From contig NC_043003.1 in assembly GCF_006345805.1 (NCBI RefSeq), positions 69,254,001 to 69,318,000 on the forward strand: DNA of 64,000 bases, in the 5' to 3' direction. A program made the position numbers and the translations under genes. Positions 12,963 to 26,454 of this stretch are shown piece after piece (the first letter of the stretch is position 1; the number at the start of each line of letters is the position of its first letter). The DNA comes from Octopus sinensis (taxonomy: Eukaryota). The notes under the pieces are model-generated. The model searched no databases, was not told the origin of the DNA, and saw only the letters and a program-made list of their open reading frames with translations.

Positions 12963-13161
12963 CGAAGGAGTGCTGAAAAGTTCCTGGCTTAGGGTTAAAG
13001 AAAATACAAGACGATCAGTTAATTATGACTTTATTCAACGTATTTACCTCTTAGATTGCAGCAGTCCTTCAATTTTTCTAAGCCCCGTAAAAGAACTCAG
13101 AAGGTTGGACCTCCAGCCTGGCCTTTCACCATAACCTGAAAGCTAGGAACTTTTCAGCACG
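12963..13161 (-). mobile_element. Internally deleted mariner (MITE)
   Basis: ta|cgaaggagtgctgaaaagttcctggctt ... agctaggaacttttcagcacg|ta; reverse-oriented relative of 18985-19203. Confidence 0.75.
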
Positions 13162-14215
13162 TATAAAGTTTAAAAACCTCTTACTAAAAAATTACACCCG
13201 ATCGTTCAAAAAAAATTCTTTCTAATTTTGACACAAGGCCAGCAATTTTAAAGGGATGAGACAAGACGACTCCAGTATGCAACTGATACTTAATTAATCG
13301 ACCCGGAAAGGATGAAAGGCAAAGCTGAACTCCACGGGATTTGAGCTCAGAAGATAAAGAGCCGGAAGAAATGTCGTTAAACATTTTGTCCGGCATGGTA
13401 ACAATTCTACCAGCTACCCGCCTTAGATATCCTCGAAATGAAAAGCATGTGTGGTAGGCTGTGTGGTAAGAAGTTTGCTTCCCAATAACATGGTTCCGGG
13501 TTCAGTCCCACTGCGTGGCACCTCGGGCAAGTGTCTTCTACTATAGCCTCGGACTGACTAAAGCTTTGTGATTGGATTGGTCGATGGAAAATGAAATAAA
13601 CCAATCGTGCGTATGTGTGTATCTGTCTGTATTTGTGTTTGTCTGCTGACAGCGCTTGACAACCGTAGTGGTGTGTTTACGTCCCTGTAACTTGGTGGTT
13701 CGGCAAAAGATACCGATAGAAGAGAACAGCAAGCTTCAAAAAATTAATAAGTCGACTCGTTCGACTAAAATCTTTCAAGGAGGTGCCCCAGCATGACCAC
13801 ACTCTAATGATTGAAACAAGTAAAAGAATAAAAGATACATTGAACAATGCAGTCTCTTTTACATAAAACGATGGGATGGTCGCGGCTGGGATCTCTTAGG
13901 GCTGACTTATGTACAAGAGCTGCAGAATTTGAACGCAGCACCACGAGCAATGTAAAGACAGAAAGATCATTGCCAAAAACCTTTGCACGATCACTCGATC
14001 AATAAGCTCCAACACTGCTGATGTTCTTATCAACTGAATGCTATTCCGCTATTCCGCTATTCCGCTATTCCGATATTTATTTTTATCAGTAAACAGGGTT
14101 GCTGTTTTTGTGATTCAATTTCTTATAGAATCGGCCACTTTCAGACGATACAACAGCTGTGCTAGCTATCATATGTGTGTGTGTGCGCGCTGGAGTTTTT
14201 ACACACGCGACTCTG

Positions 14216-14298
<83 letters not shown>

Positions 14299-14299
14299 G

Positions 14300-14342
<43 letters not shown>

Positions 14343-14343
14343 G

Positions 14344-14379
<36 letters not shown>

Positions 14380-14386
14380 CAGATAA

Positions 14387-14471
<85 letters not shown>

Positions 14472-14967
14472 CAGATAGATAGATAGATAGATAGATCGAA
14501 ATATATGTGTTTATATATATATATATATATATATTGTATAACATATATATACACACACACACACATATATACATATGTATTTTTGTGTGTGTAAATGCAT
14601 GCACGCATACATACTTCCACACACACATATGTGGGTATGGATAAACACAAATATATAGCTATATACACATATATTAACGTAGATATATTTTTACATATGT
14701 ATTTCTGTACACCACATCTAACACTCCATACATACATACATACATACATGTTTACATATATATATATATACATATATATATATATCACGTGATCACGTGA
14801 TATATACATATATATACATATATACATATATATACATATATATATACATATATACATATAATAACATATATATATATACATATATATTCATATATATATA
14901 TATAAATATATATGCGTGTGTGTGTGTACGTGATATATATATGCATATATGTGAGTGGAGTGTGTGT

Positions 14968-15002
<35 letters not shown>

Positions 15003-15639
15003 CTGCGTGTGTGTAATTATGGAAAGCAGTAAGACAGACACACAGGGCAAGTAAACCAATGTGAAAAGAGATTGGAGAGCCGAGAAAGCCGAAAGAAGAA
15101 CAGAGAGAGAGAGAGAGAGAGAATGAGATAGAGTAGAGAAGAGGAGGAAGAGAGAGAGAGTAGAGTAGAGTTAGAGAGGAGAAAAGTTTGAGAGCAACAG
15201 AAGAGAAAATTAAAACTGAAATATGTGGAGCGAGAGAGGAGGATGAGGAGGAGAGCTGAGAAAGAGAGAAAAAGAAAAAGAGAAAGAAATAAAGAAAGAG
15301 AGATGGAGAGAAGGCGTAAAAAGTATCAGCTGTCTGTGTGTGTGGGGGGGGGATACGGAAATGGCGGGAGCGCCATGATAAATTCTCTCTCCTCAATTCA
15401 CTACAAGTTGACGATGTTTCTGCCTCGTCTTCTTCTTCAATATTCTATAACCCTCATTGATTAATCATCGATTTTGGCAATCCTCTTCATTCTCTTTATT
15501 TTTTTTCTTTCATTTGTTTCTTTATTTATTTATTTATTTCTCTCATTCTTTCTTTCTTTCTTTCTTTCACGCTCTCTCTGTTTTTTTTTTACTGTTCTTG
15601 TCTCTCGTTCTCTCGCTCTCTGTGCGTGTGTGCGGCTGT

Positions 15640-15641
15640 GT

Positions 15642-15678
<37 letters not shown>

Positions 15679-16485
15679 TGTACATGTGTGTATACATGTG
15701 TGTGTACATGTGTGTGTATGTACATGTGTGTGTGTACATGTGTGTGTGTGTGTGTGTGTGTTTGTGTACATGTGTGTGTACATGTGTGTATACATGTGTG
15801 TGTACATGTGTGTGTATGTACATGTGTGTGTGTACATGTGTGTGTACATGTGTGTGTGTACATGTGTGTGTACATGTGTATGTATGTACATGTGTGTGTA
15901 CATGTGTGTGTGTACATGTGTGTGTGTACATGTGTGTGTATACATGTGTGTGTACATGCGTGTGTGTACATGCGTGTGTGTACATGTGTGTGAGTGAGCG
16001 TGTGTAGTTTTGTGTATGTTTGTGTATGTGCTTATGTGTGTGTGTATCTGTGTGTAATTGCGTATATGTGTGAGTGTGTGCGTGTGTACGTGTGTGATTT
16101 TGTGTATGTATGCGCATATGCATGTGTGCGTGCGTATGTGTGTGTTTGTGTATGCGGGTATATAAGCGTTTCTATGTGTGTGCATGTGTGCGTGCGTGTG
16201 TGTGTGTGTGCATGTGTGCGTGTGTGTGCGTGTATCTGTGCGTAAGTGTGTATTAGTGTGCGTGTGTGTGTGTGTTCATATGCTTGTGCGTGTGTTCGTG
16301 TGTGATCTTGGGTATGTATGCGCGTATGCATGTGTGCGTACGTATGTGTGTGTTTGTGTACGAGGGTGTATATGTGTATATAAGCGTTTCTGTGTGTGTA
16401 TCTGTGTGTGGGTGCGTGTGTGCGTATGTGTGTATGTGTGCGTGCGTGTGTGTGTGTGTATGTGTGTGTGCTTGTGTTTCTTTTC
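15640..16485. repeat. Composite (GT)n / (GTGTACAT)n microsatellite
   Basis: Direct inspection; source of many spurious CV/HT-rich ORFs. Confidence 0.95.
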
Positions 16486-16537
16486 TCGTTTTCCCTTGGA
16501 GAGTAATACGTTGGGGAAGCATGATAATGGAAAGGAA

Positions 16538-16579
<42 letters not shown>

Positions 16580-16705
16580 GGAAGTGGACGTGTCTTTTAT
16601 GAAGTTGATGTCGGTTGCCACGGAAATCGTTCGATACAATTGTCTGAATATGCATCAATCATCGATGCCATTGATGGCTTTTAACTACGACGTAGATAGA
16701 TAGAC

Positions 16706-16779
<74 letters not shown>

Positions 16780-16788
16780 GATAGATAG

Positions 16789-17010
16789 AAGAAGAAGAAG
16801 AAGAAGAAGAAGAAAGTGGTGATGGTGATGATGGTGATTAAGAAGATTATGATGATGATGATGAGGGGGAGGGGGAGGATGGTGATGATGATGATGATGA
16901 AGGAGAAGGAGGAGGGAAAAGAAGAAGAAGAAGAAGAAGAAGAAGAAGAAGAGAAGAAGAAGAAGAAGAAGAAGAAGAAGAAGAAGAAGAAGAAGAAGAA
17001 GAAGAAGAAT
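16789..17010. repeat. (GAA)n/(GAT)n polypurine trinucleotide tract
   Basis: gaagaagaa... and gatgatgat... runs. Confidence 0.95.
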
Positions 17011-17496
17011 TTAGAGGAGGTGGAGGAAGATTATGATCATCGTCATCGGAAGCATGATGGAAGAGGAGAGGGAGAGGGAGGTAAGATGAGGTAAAGGAGG
17101 CGGTGAAGGTTGAGGAGGGCCGCCACGGCAATGGGCACGCTGTAATTTTCGCTTTTGACATTCGTGATGAATTATTTTCGTTAGTTCTTTGAAGGAAGTC
17201 TAATTGCTGTCTTAATAAGATTTATAGTGGATTAGACAGAAGCCGTTTAACTGTCGTCGAACCCAATGAAAAACTTACACGGCATTATGTATGTCATCGT
17301 ATCTTTTGTTCACGGAGTAATCAATGGCTTTGTGGTTAAGCTGTCTTTCTCTTGATTAAAGAGTACTTTGGATCGTATACTTTGATTTACTCATTACGGT
17401 GTTTAATGAGTATGAAGTGACAAGAAGACGACAGTGAAAGTCATACTGGGTTTTGAACAAATGTTTAGTGTATACTGTTTAATCTTGTAGTGCTTG

Positions 17497-17920
17497 TTGT
17501 TAATGACTCTTGATACTGGAAGTCATCTCTACATCTTTGAACAGGGTTTTAGACTCAGTTCAGACGTCCAAGTGAAGCTTCTGGAGACTGTGATCAATCC
17601 CTGGCTGGATAGGGTTGCTGCTGTTAGACCATATATGTGGCAGCAGCAAGATTCGATTTCTTCCCATACCTCCTGAAAGAGCCAAAAGTGGTTGTCGGAG
17701 ATTTTCTTATGACTTCATCAGCGCCAATTTCTAGCCTCCAAATTCCCTCTATTGTTTTACCATGAATTACCATGGGGCGCGGTTGAGAAAGACACCAAAC
17801 GCACGGTTGCAACACCATGGCCGAACTGGTGGACAAGAATAAGGCGGTGTTAGAAGATTTTCCCAGAGACACAGTGAGAAATGCCTGTACCAGATTCTAG
17901 AGCAGTCTAGAGGCCGTAGT
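17497..17920 (+). mobile_element. Fossil Tc1/mariner transposase C-terminus (DD37D/maT-like)
   Basis: HLYIFEQGFRLSSDVQVKLLETVINPWLDRVAAVRPYMWQQQDS...KSQKWLSE...PPNS...VEKDTK...CNTMAELV...FPRDTVRNACTRF*SSLEAVV. Confidence 0.85.
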
Positions 17921-18167
17921 TCCTTCTCCAGCCATGCCTGGCTCATAAGGGCCGGTTTCCCGGTTTCCTTGGCGTATAGGTTCCCCACCTGGACGGGACG
18001 CCGGTCCGTCGCAGGTGAGCTGCAAGATGCAGGAGGAAAGAGTGAGAGAAAGTTGTGGCAAAAGAGTCAGCAAAGTACGATTTGTTTTCATTGTTCATTC
18101 CTAACTATTTCTCTCTGTCTCCCAAAGTTGCACTTGTGCGTGCGTGTACGTGTACGTGTGTGTGTGT

Positions 18168-18201
<34 letters not shown>

Positions 18202-18568
18202 TGTGTTTATTGCTACTGGTACGTCTGTTGCTGCTTGTGTTCACATATCTAAATATTTTCCACGATCAAAAAGTACAGAGGATACTTTTTTTCTGTTGGC
18301 AAATTATTTATGTATAAAGGAAAAGGCTAGCATGGGAATATCTGAATTAGTGTATTGTGGCAGGTAATTACTTTTGTAGCCAATTGTGTTTTCGTCAACG
18401 GATTGTCCACTCTTATCACACCCACGAGATGTTCTCTGAAATTATTGATGCCTTCCACTTCTAAACAAGTTCATTCTTGTCGTTACTTTAGATGCGTAGA
18501 AACGTTGTTGCATTTGTGGAGTGTGCGGACGTGGAGGTGTTTGAGTGTGCGCGCTATGTGGGCCTTTC

Positions 18569-18608
<40 letters not shown>

Positions 18609-18984
18609 CCATATATATATATATATATATATACATATATACACACATATATATATATATATGTATATATATACACACACACACAACACACACGCACACA
18701 TACATACATATATATATATAAATATATTATAATTATATTATACTATATATATATACTATATTTACGTGGCCATGCTGGGGTACCAACAGTGTTATTACCT
18801 TTTCAATGGCCATTCTTTTCTTATTGGTTTTTGGTGAAGGAGGAAGTTCGATGTCTGTGTATGTGATTGTGTGTGTGTGTATTTTGGATGGATGGATGGA
18901 TGGATGGATGCATGTATGTGTGTATGTATATGTATATATATTTGGGTATGTGTGTGTGTGTGTGTGTTTATATACATATGTGTA

Positions 18985-19203
18985 CGAGGGGGGTGCTAAA
19001 AAGTTCCTTGCTTTAAGGGTACAAAAAGGGGCCTGGTTGGAGGCTCAACTTTCCGAGTTCTTTTGCAGGGCTTAGATAAACTGAAGGCCCGCTGCAAAAA
19101 AGTGTATGAATCTGAGCGGCGAATACGTTGAATAAAATCATAATTAACCGATCTTCCTGTATTTTCTTTTACCCAAAGCCAGGAACTTTTCAGCCGCCCC
19201 ACG
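18985..19203 (+). mobile_element. Internally deleted mariner (MITE)
   Basis: ta|cgagggggggtgctaaaaagttcc ... ggaacttttcagccgccccacg|ta; the interior encodes a mariner C-terminus (AWLEAQLSEFF...GEYVE*). Confidence 0.8.
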
Positions 19204-19940
19204 TATAATGAAGGCGCCTGGCTTAGTGGTCAGGGTATTTGGTTCACTAACGTAAGGTCATAAGTTCGATTCCTAGAGGTAGATTGTGTCCTTGAACAAA
19301 GCACTTTATTCCACGTTGGTCCAGTCCACTCAGCCGGCAAAAATGAGTTGTACCTGTAATTCAAACGGCCAGCCTTGTCATATACTGTATCACGTTGATT
19401 CTCCCTGAGAACTACGTTAAGGGTACGCGTGTCTGTGGAGTACTCAGCCACTTGTACGTTAGTTTCACGAGCAGGCTGTTCTGTTCGTTGGATCAACTAA
19501 CTGGAACACTCATCGTTGTAACCGACGATGTACCAGTTTGTGTGTGTATGTGTGTGTGTGTGTGTATGTATTCATGTATGTATGTACGTATTAATGAATG
19601 TATGTATGTATGTATGCATGTTCGTATGTATGTATGTGTGTGTATGCATGTATGTATTAATGTATGTATGTGTGTATATATGTATGTGTGTATGTATCTA
19701 TGTATGTATATATGGATGTAGTTATGTATGTATGATTATGCATGTATTATGTATGCATGTTTGTATGTATGTATTGTGTGTATGTATGTGTGTGTATGTA
19801 TGTGTGTGTATGTATGCACGCATGTATTAATGTATGTATGTATGTGTGTATATATGCATGTATGTGTGTATGTATCTATGTATGTATATATGGATGTATT
19901 TATGAATGTATATATGGATGTATTTATGTATGTATTAATG

Positions 19941-19974
<34 letters not shown>

Positions 19975-20460
19975 TGTATGTATGTATGTATGTATGTATG
20001 TATGTATTTATATGTGCGTGTGTATGCGTGTATGTCGATAGAGAATGACCTGATCATTCCTCAGACGTTTAGGACGCCATATGTAAACGTTTGATAAAAC
20101 ATATCTCAAGAGTGAAACTAATGCCTTTGCTTTAATTCTCTTTTCGTTTTTCGTTTCTTTCTCCAAGGGGGATTTTTTAATTGAAACATATGTTCCATAG
20201 CGAGCGGGTCTCAGGGTCGAGATGTAGGAAGAAAATTAATTTCAAACAATCTGCAGTAAATAAAAAAAAAAAACTTTCAGAGACAGAGACATATGTTGTT
20301 TAGTGAGACGGAAGGTTGTGGATCTTTTTCGTATCGAAGTACAATAAATTGAAAAGAGTTCTTTTTATATTTCACAGTTGGCAACCAGTGTTGCCGAGTA
20401 TGGGAATAAGAATAGAAGAGTTAAAGAATGGGTAGATAAGATCCGGGCTGCATGTAGAAT

Positions 20461-20752
20461 CTCGGAACTGGTAAATATCCAAGTGAGGTGTATACTGCAG
20501 ACCATACTTCAGGCCAAGGATAACTTGATTACGTTAAAGTTTACTATGTCGCAAGGAGGTACATGTTATCACATGAAATATTCAATCAGAATGTGTAGAG
20601 AACCCAGTAGGAGAGGAGAATATAGATGTAGAATTTACCATGTGTTAACATGTACCTTCTTGCGACAATGTAAACTTTCATTTAATCAAGATATCCTTGG
20701 CTTGAAGGAGTATCCTATGGTATACACTTCGATTAGACATTTACCACTTCCG

Positions 20753-20754
<2 letters not shown>
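20461..20754. mobile_element. Foldback/MITE-like element with ~115-bp imperfect inverted arms
   Basis: 20461-20575 aligns to the reverse complement of 20639-20754 (ctcggaactggtaaat... vs ctcggaagtggtaaat...). Confidence 0.75.
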
Positions 20755-20783
<29 letters not shown>

Positions 20784-21082
20784 CTCTTTTACTTGTTTCA
20801 GTCATTTGACTGTGGCCATGCTGAAGCACCACCTTTTTAGTCGAGCAAATCGACCCCAGGTGTTATTCTTTGTAAGCCTAGTACTTAATCTATCAGTCTC
20901 TTTTTGCCGAACCGCTAAGTTACGGAGACGTAAACACGCCAGCATCGGTTGTCAAGCGGTGTTGGGGGGACAAACACAGACACACAAACATATACACATA
21001 CACATACACATATATACATATATACGACGGGCTTCTTTCAGTTACAACAGGATGTACGGTGCACCTCTTGGATAAATCAAGA

Positions 21083-21396
21083 GTAGGACAGAAAGAACAC
21101 AACATGCGGGAAAATAGACGATAACATAACAAACAGCAAACAGGACAAAAAGTGCCGGGGACTTAAGCTAAAAGCATTAAGCCTCTGAGAAAGTTTTTCC
21201 TAGAGGTTTAATGCCTTTAGCTTAAGTCCCTGGAACTTTCTGTATTCGAGCAGTCTCAGTGATAAAGGAGTGCGAGACTGCAAGGACTTTCCGGACACCG
21301 TCTGAAGAGGAAATCGGTAGCGAGTGATCCGCGTATCTTGTTTTTGTCCTGTTGTTTATGTCTATTTTTCCGCATGTTGAGCTCTTTCTGTCCTAC
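21083..21396. mobile_element. Penelope-like remnant with inverted terminal copies and internal hairpins
   Basis: 21083-21151 is the reverse complement of 21341-21396. Hairpin 21158-21230 has ~29-bp arms; hairpin gcagtctc/gagactgc at 21250-21281; CTGAAGA-G-GAAA-tcgg-TA at 21302-21319. Confidence 0.55.
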
Positions 21397-21397
21397 C

Positions 21398-21445
<48 letters not shown>

Positions 21446-21447
<2 letters not shown>

Positions 21448-21741
21448 TAGCAGTATCGCCCGGCGTTGCTCGGGTTTGTAAGGGAAATAACTATACAGCA
21501 TTTTTAGAGAGTTACTTCCCTTAAAAAAAATATGCATGAAAATGGAAAAAAATGATGGTAAATTATTTTTAAAATTGTAGACTCATCGTAGACGCGCGCT
21601 AATACCCAGAAGGGCTCGATATGAATCACGACTATAAGATACCCGGTTTGGGTTAAACTGCACCGCAAAATGTGGGAGTAGTTAGGAATCTAAATCGAAG
21701 GGGACAGACACTCACACAACTACAGTTTTATATATAAAGAT
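21446..21741 (+). mobile_element. Non-autonomous Helitron/Helentron-like element
   Basis: Starts actagcagtatcgcccggcgttgctcggg (subterminal hairpin) and ends cacacaactacagttttatatataaagat; longer sibling at 43678-44196. Confidence 0.65.
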
Positions 21742-21751
21742 ATATATATAT

Positions 21752-21943
21752 AGGAAGAATTTACGAAAAAAACAAAAGACGAAGACAGGTGGTGTACAAA
21801 ACAAACAGATGTATTAGTATAACGCTCAGGAATAGAAAATGTCTCTTTACGTTTCGAGCCTACGCTCTTCTACAGAAAGGGACACAGAAAAAAAAAACAA
21901 GGGGAGAGAAAAAATGTGTGTAGTGGCTAAGATCAATCATGGC

Positions 21944-21946
<3 letters not shown>
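21752..21946 (-). mobile_element. Penelope-like terminal-repeat fragment with variant hammerhead-like motif (21845-21879)
   Basis: Minus strand cttt-CTGTAGA-A-gagc gtag gctc-GAAA-c-GTA-aag. Confidence 0.55.
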
Positions 21947-21988
<42 letters not shown>

Positions 21989-23909
21989 GCGTATGTTTTG
22001 TTCTGTTGTCCATCTCTGATAAATACCAACCACTCGTGACGTCAGCAACGGCTTATATTGCGCGGTGAAGCAAACAATTGTCTTTAATTGAAAAGCGGCT
22101 GAGAAAGTGAATAGTCACCGAAAGAGATAGATGTCACGTGATGTAACTTCTAGTCATTATTCCGCATTTTTTCCTCACGTAGAATAACTGAAATTAACTG
22201 AGATCAGTTTTTCCTGTTTCTTTAATTTACATAGACATAAAAAAAATCATAGCCCCAACTACATGTTGACTCGTTGTGCACTCTCAATGCTTACACATCT
22301 CGCTTTGTTGATCGAAGTTCTTATGTTTCTGTCTTCTGTCTATGAGTGAGTGTGTGCATGAGTTACTGCGTATATGTGTATTTCTGCGTATGTGTGAGTG
22401 GATGTGTGTGTACGTGTGTGTGTCTGTGTGTTTGTATTTGTTTATATATGTGTGTGCTTGTGTGTTTCTCTGCGTGTTTTATGTTTATGTATGTATTTAT
22501 GTCTGTACGCGTGTGTGTGTGTGTATTTGTCTTTGCGCATTGTGTATGTACGCATGTATAGTGAATGCGTATATTTTTGTATGTTTGTGTCTGCGAGTGT
22601 GTTTGTATGTGTGTGTGTGTGTGCGTGAATGAATGGTGTGTGTGTGCGTGAATGAATGGTGTGTGCTTGTGTGTGTGTGTGTATATTTTTGCATGTGTGT
22701 GTGTGTCTGTGTGTACGTGTGAATGATTGTGTGTTGATGTCTGCGCGTGTGTCTGCATATATGTGAGCGATTGTGTGTTGACGTGTGTGTGAGCGTGTGT
22801 GTATGTGTGTGTGCGTGTGTTTTATTGTTTGAGCATGTGCAATTTTATGTAGTCCTGTATGTGTGCGTGCGCGTGTGTTTCTGTGTTTCTGTGTAAAGGT
22901 TACGTATTTTGTGGTAGAATATATTTGCTAATATCGATCCCATTACTCGATTGGTACTTATTTTATCGACCCTGCAAAGAGGAGAAACAATTTCGACCTT
23001 GGCTGACTTCAAAGACAAACCATAAAGTTATGTATCTTTTCAGACATCTTATCAATTCCTTCTCCAAGAATCGGTAAAATAAGTACCACCATTGTAATAT
23101 GGTCGATTCGATTTACAATAAACGTTGCCTACAAATGTTTGACTTGCAGCCAATTCCAGAAATCCTTATTTTTATTTCAAGCATCTCATTTTTCATTGGT
23201 TTAGTTTTCGCAATGGCGTCTGTGGCGAGAATTGTAGCAACGAGCCACGAACGCCGTAGTATTACATTCGATAAATGTGGAGATCTGACATGTTGATTCC
23301 GTAAGAAATTTATGATAGACTTTTTATGTGACCTGTTTGTTTTCATAACAAACATGACTTGTCTTTTGTGCTTCACAAAAGAAATGTCATAAACGTAATC
23401 GATGCGAGGTTTGCGTACATAAAACATCGAAAATCGTGGAATCGAATGCGAAAAAATGATATATAAATCACGCCATTTGTATTATTTTGGTGACGTTTTG
23501 TTCAGCCATAGTTATCAATGGCGGACGTTGAGTGAAAACTAGTTTTGAAAAGAAAACATTGTTTTTCTTTCTTTCTTTTTTAACGATTTAGATTAATGAT
23601 TTAGATTAACGATTTAGATTCAGAGTGATTTTTGAGAATAATCAAATTTGTATTTTATTTCTTACTTAGTATTTTTAGTACTTTTTACTCGTTTCAGTCA
23701 CTGGACTGCGGCCATGCTGGGGTACCACTCTGATAGGTTTAGTTGAATAAGTCGACCCTAGTACTAAAGTTGTTTTTTTTTTAAAGTCTGGTGCTTAACG
23801 TATCGGTCCCTTTTTGCCGAATCGCTTCATTACAGGGACGTAATCAAGCGGTGGCGGAGGTCAAGCAGAAACACATGCACAAAAGCACATATAAATACAT
23901 ATACATATG

Positions 23910-23943
<34 letters not shown>

Positions 23944-23954
23944 TACAGACAGAC

Positions 23955-24015
<61 letters not shown>

Positions 24016-24953
24016 TAGATAGATAGACAGACAGACATGTGTGTATGTACGTATGTATGTGTGTATGTATTTATTTATGTATATATGCATGCATTTATGT
24101 ATGTATGTATGTATGTATGTATGTATGTAGCAACTTGTATATCTCATTTCACGTAAACATACAGCAAGAAAGTCACAATACTGCAGCATTCGTGTTGAGA
24201 AAGTATTTTATACATAACGTATAGGACTAAAAAGCACAGAAATATAACAGTAACAGATGAAGAGTGTCCAGTAGCGGCGGTGGTATTGCTACAGCAAGTG
24301 ATTTCTGCGTATTTTCGCGTCATCAGTACCAGACATCCACTATTAAACGCATTCTTTGGCAAATTTCGCCGCCACAGATATATAGCAAAGTAGTGACTAA
24401 TGGTGTGGCAAATAGCTGGCGGACTGGGTAGAGATTTGATATTGGCGGCGGGAACACTATTGATAGAGAAGAACAGTCTATACACTATCTGATTCTGATA
24501 TTTCTCTGCATTTTAACACTACGTGCTTTTAAGAGATGCTCTCTCAAGACGAATAAACGCGATTTTGTCGATTTCTACGGTATCTTCACGTTAAATAAGA
24601 TATATCAATTGCTAATACTACTTTCGCAGCGAATGACGAATATATAATCAAAAGAGGGCAGCGATATCGAACTCCTTCCTTCACCAGAAGCCAAAACCAT
24701 AGAATTGGCTGATTATAAGGTTATTACAATGACGGTGCCCCAGCATGGCCGCAGCCTCAAGACCGAAACATATAAAAGAATAAAAGAATAGTTAGGGCAG
24801 CGGACTCGCGGTCGTAGGATCGCGGTTTCGATTCCCAGACCGGGCGTTGTGAGTGTATATTGAGCGAAAACACCTAAAGCTCCACGTGGCTCCGGCAAGG
24901 GGTAGTGGTGATCCCTGCTGTACTCTTTCACAACAACTTTCTCTCACTCTTTC

Positions 24954-24992
<39 letters not shown>

Positions 24993-25556
24993 AATGCATG
25001 TAGGTTTGTATTTATATATGCATGTACGTACGCATGCATACATAAATCGCTCACAAGGCACTGGTCGTCCCGGAGCAATAGTATGAGACACTTGCCCAAG
25101 GTCCAACGCAATTTAACTAAACCTGGAACCATGTGGTTGACAAGCGAAGTTCTTAACCACGTAATCGTACATTCAACTAGTACTCAGTGAAAATAAAAAA
25201 AAAAAAAATAAATATAAAACACCAACATCCCTAGTTCAGGCTCGAACCAGTGAACAAGTATTTCGAACCAGTAGCAATAACCAGTCCTCCATTGACCATA
25301 GCATATCCATATCATACGCTCGCTTTTCAACCTCATGGTAAGGAAAGAGAGAGTTGTCTCCCTTGCACTACTAATTTTCTTGTCGAGTTTCGAAGTATAT
25401 TCCATAATTGTACTATTTGCATTATGTAGACACATTAATGCATACAATTACAAATCGTATTACGAAAGGGTATCTACGAATATGGTTTAGCCTTTGGATA
25501 TAAATAATTTAAACTAGAGAGTTATTAATTACTTTTTTTATTCAATATACGAATCC

Positions 25557-26165
25557 TGTGGCGGCGAGCTGGCCGAATCGTTAGCACGCCGAGCGAAATG
25601 CGTAGCCGTATTTCGTCTGCCGCTACGTTCTGAGTTGAAATTCCGCCGAGGTCGACTTTGCCATTCATCCTTTCAGGGTCGATTAAATAATTACTAGTTA
25701 CGCAATGGGGTCGTAACTTAATCCGTTTGTCTGTCCTTGTTTGTCCTCTCTGTGTTTAGCCCCTTGCGGGTAGTCAAGAAATAGGTATTTCGTCTGCCGC
25801 TACGTTCAGAGTTCAAATTCCGCCGAGGTCGACTTTGCCCTTCATCCTTTCGGGATCGATTAATTCAGTACCAGTTACGCACTGGGGTCTATCTAATCGA
25901 CTTAATCCGTTTGTCTGTCCTTGTTTATCCGCTCTATGTTTAGCCCCTTGTGGGCTATAAAGAAATAAGAAATGCTAGCACACAGGCGAAATACTTCGCG
26001 GTAATTCGTCTATCACACATTCTCAGTTCAAATTCCGCCGAGGTCGAATTTGCATTTCATTGTTTCGGGCTCGATAAATTAAGTACCAGCTGCGTACTGG
26101 GGTCAATCTAATCGACTGCCCGCCCTCCCCAAAATTTTCGGGCCTTGTACCGAGAGTAGAAAATA
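25557..26165 (+). mobile_element. tRNA-derived SINE family B, trimeric
   Basis: Head ggcggcgagctggccgaatcgttagc; B-box gagttcaaattcc occurs three times. Other copies at ~13270-13410(-), 31565-31725(+), 36545-36730(-), 48725-48935(+), 58680-58865(+). Confidence 0.85.
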
Positions 26166-26410
26166 ATATACGAAGCATGTATTTTGAAATTTCATTACGT
26201 ATTTTAACATTTTTAGTTTTGTGTGTGTGTGTGTTTGTGTGTGTTTGTGTGTGTGTGTGTATGTGTGTGTGTGCATGTGTGTGTGTGTGTGTGCGCGCGT
26301 GCGTGTAGTCAATACAAACAAGAACAAGCCAGAGAAAATAACAACGCGAGGATGTAGTACAAGTACTGTGTTATTGTACGCTGTATAATATATATATATA
26401 TACACACACA

Positions 26411-26454
<44 letters not shown>

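Noticed and set aside
14086-16703. Many 120-240-aa ORFs rich in YI/CV/HT/IYLS
   Set aside because: Translations of (TA)n, (CA)n, (TACA)n and (GATA)n microsatellites; the same applies at 19-20, 22, 37-39, 53-57 and 59 kb.
24144-24485. 113-aa minus ORF with YLWRR reminiscent of Merlin transposase
   Set aside because: Only a 5-residue resemblance; flanking motifs and TIRs not found.
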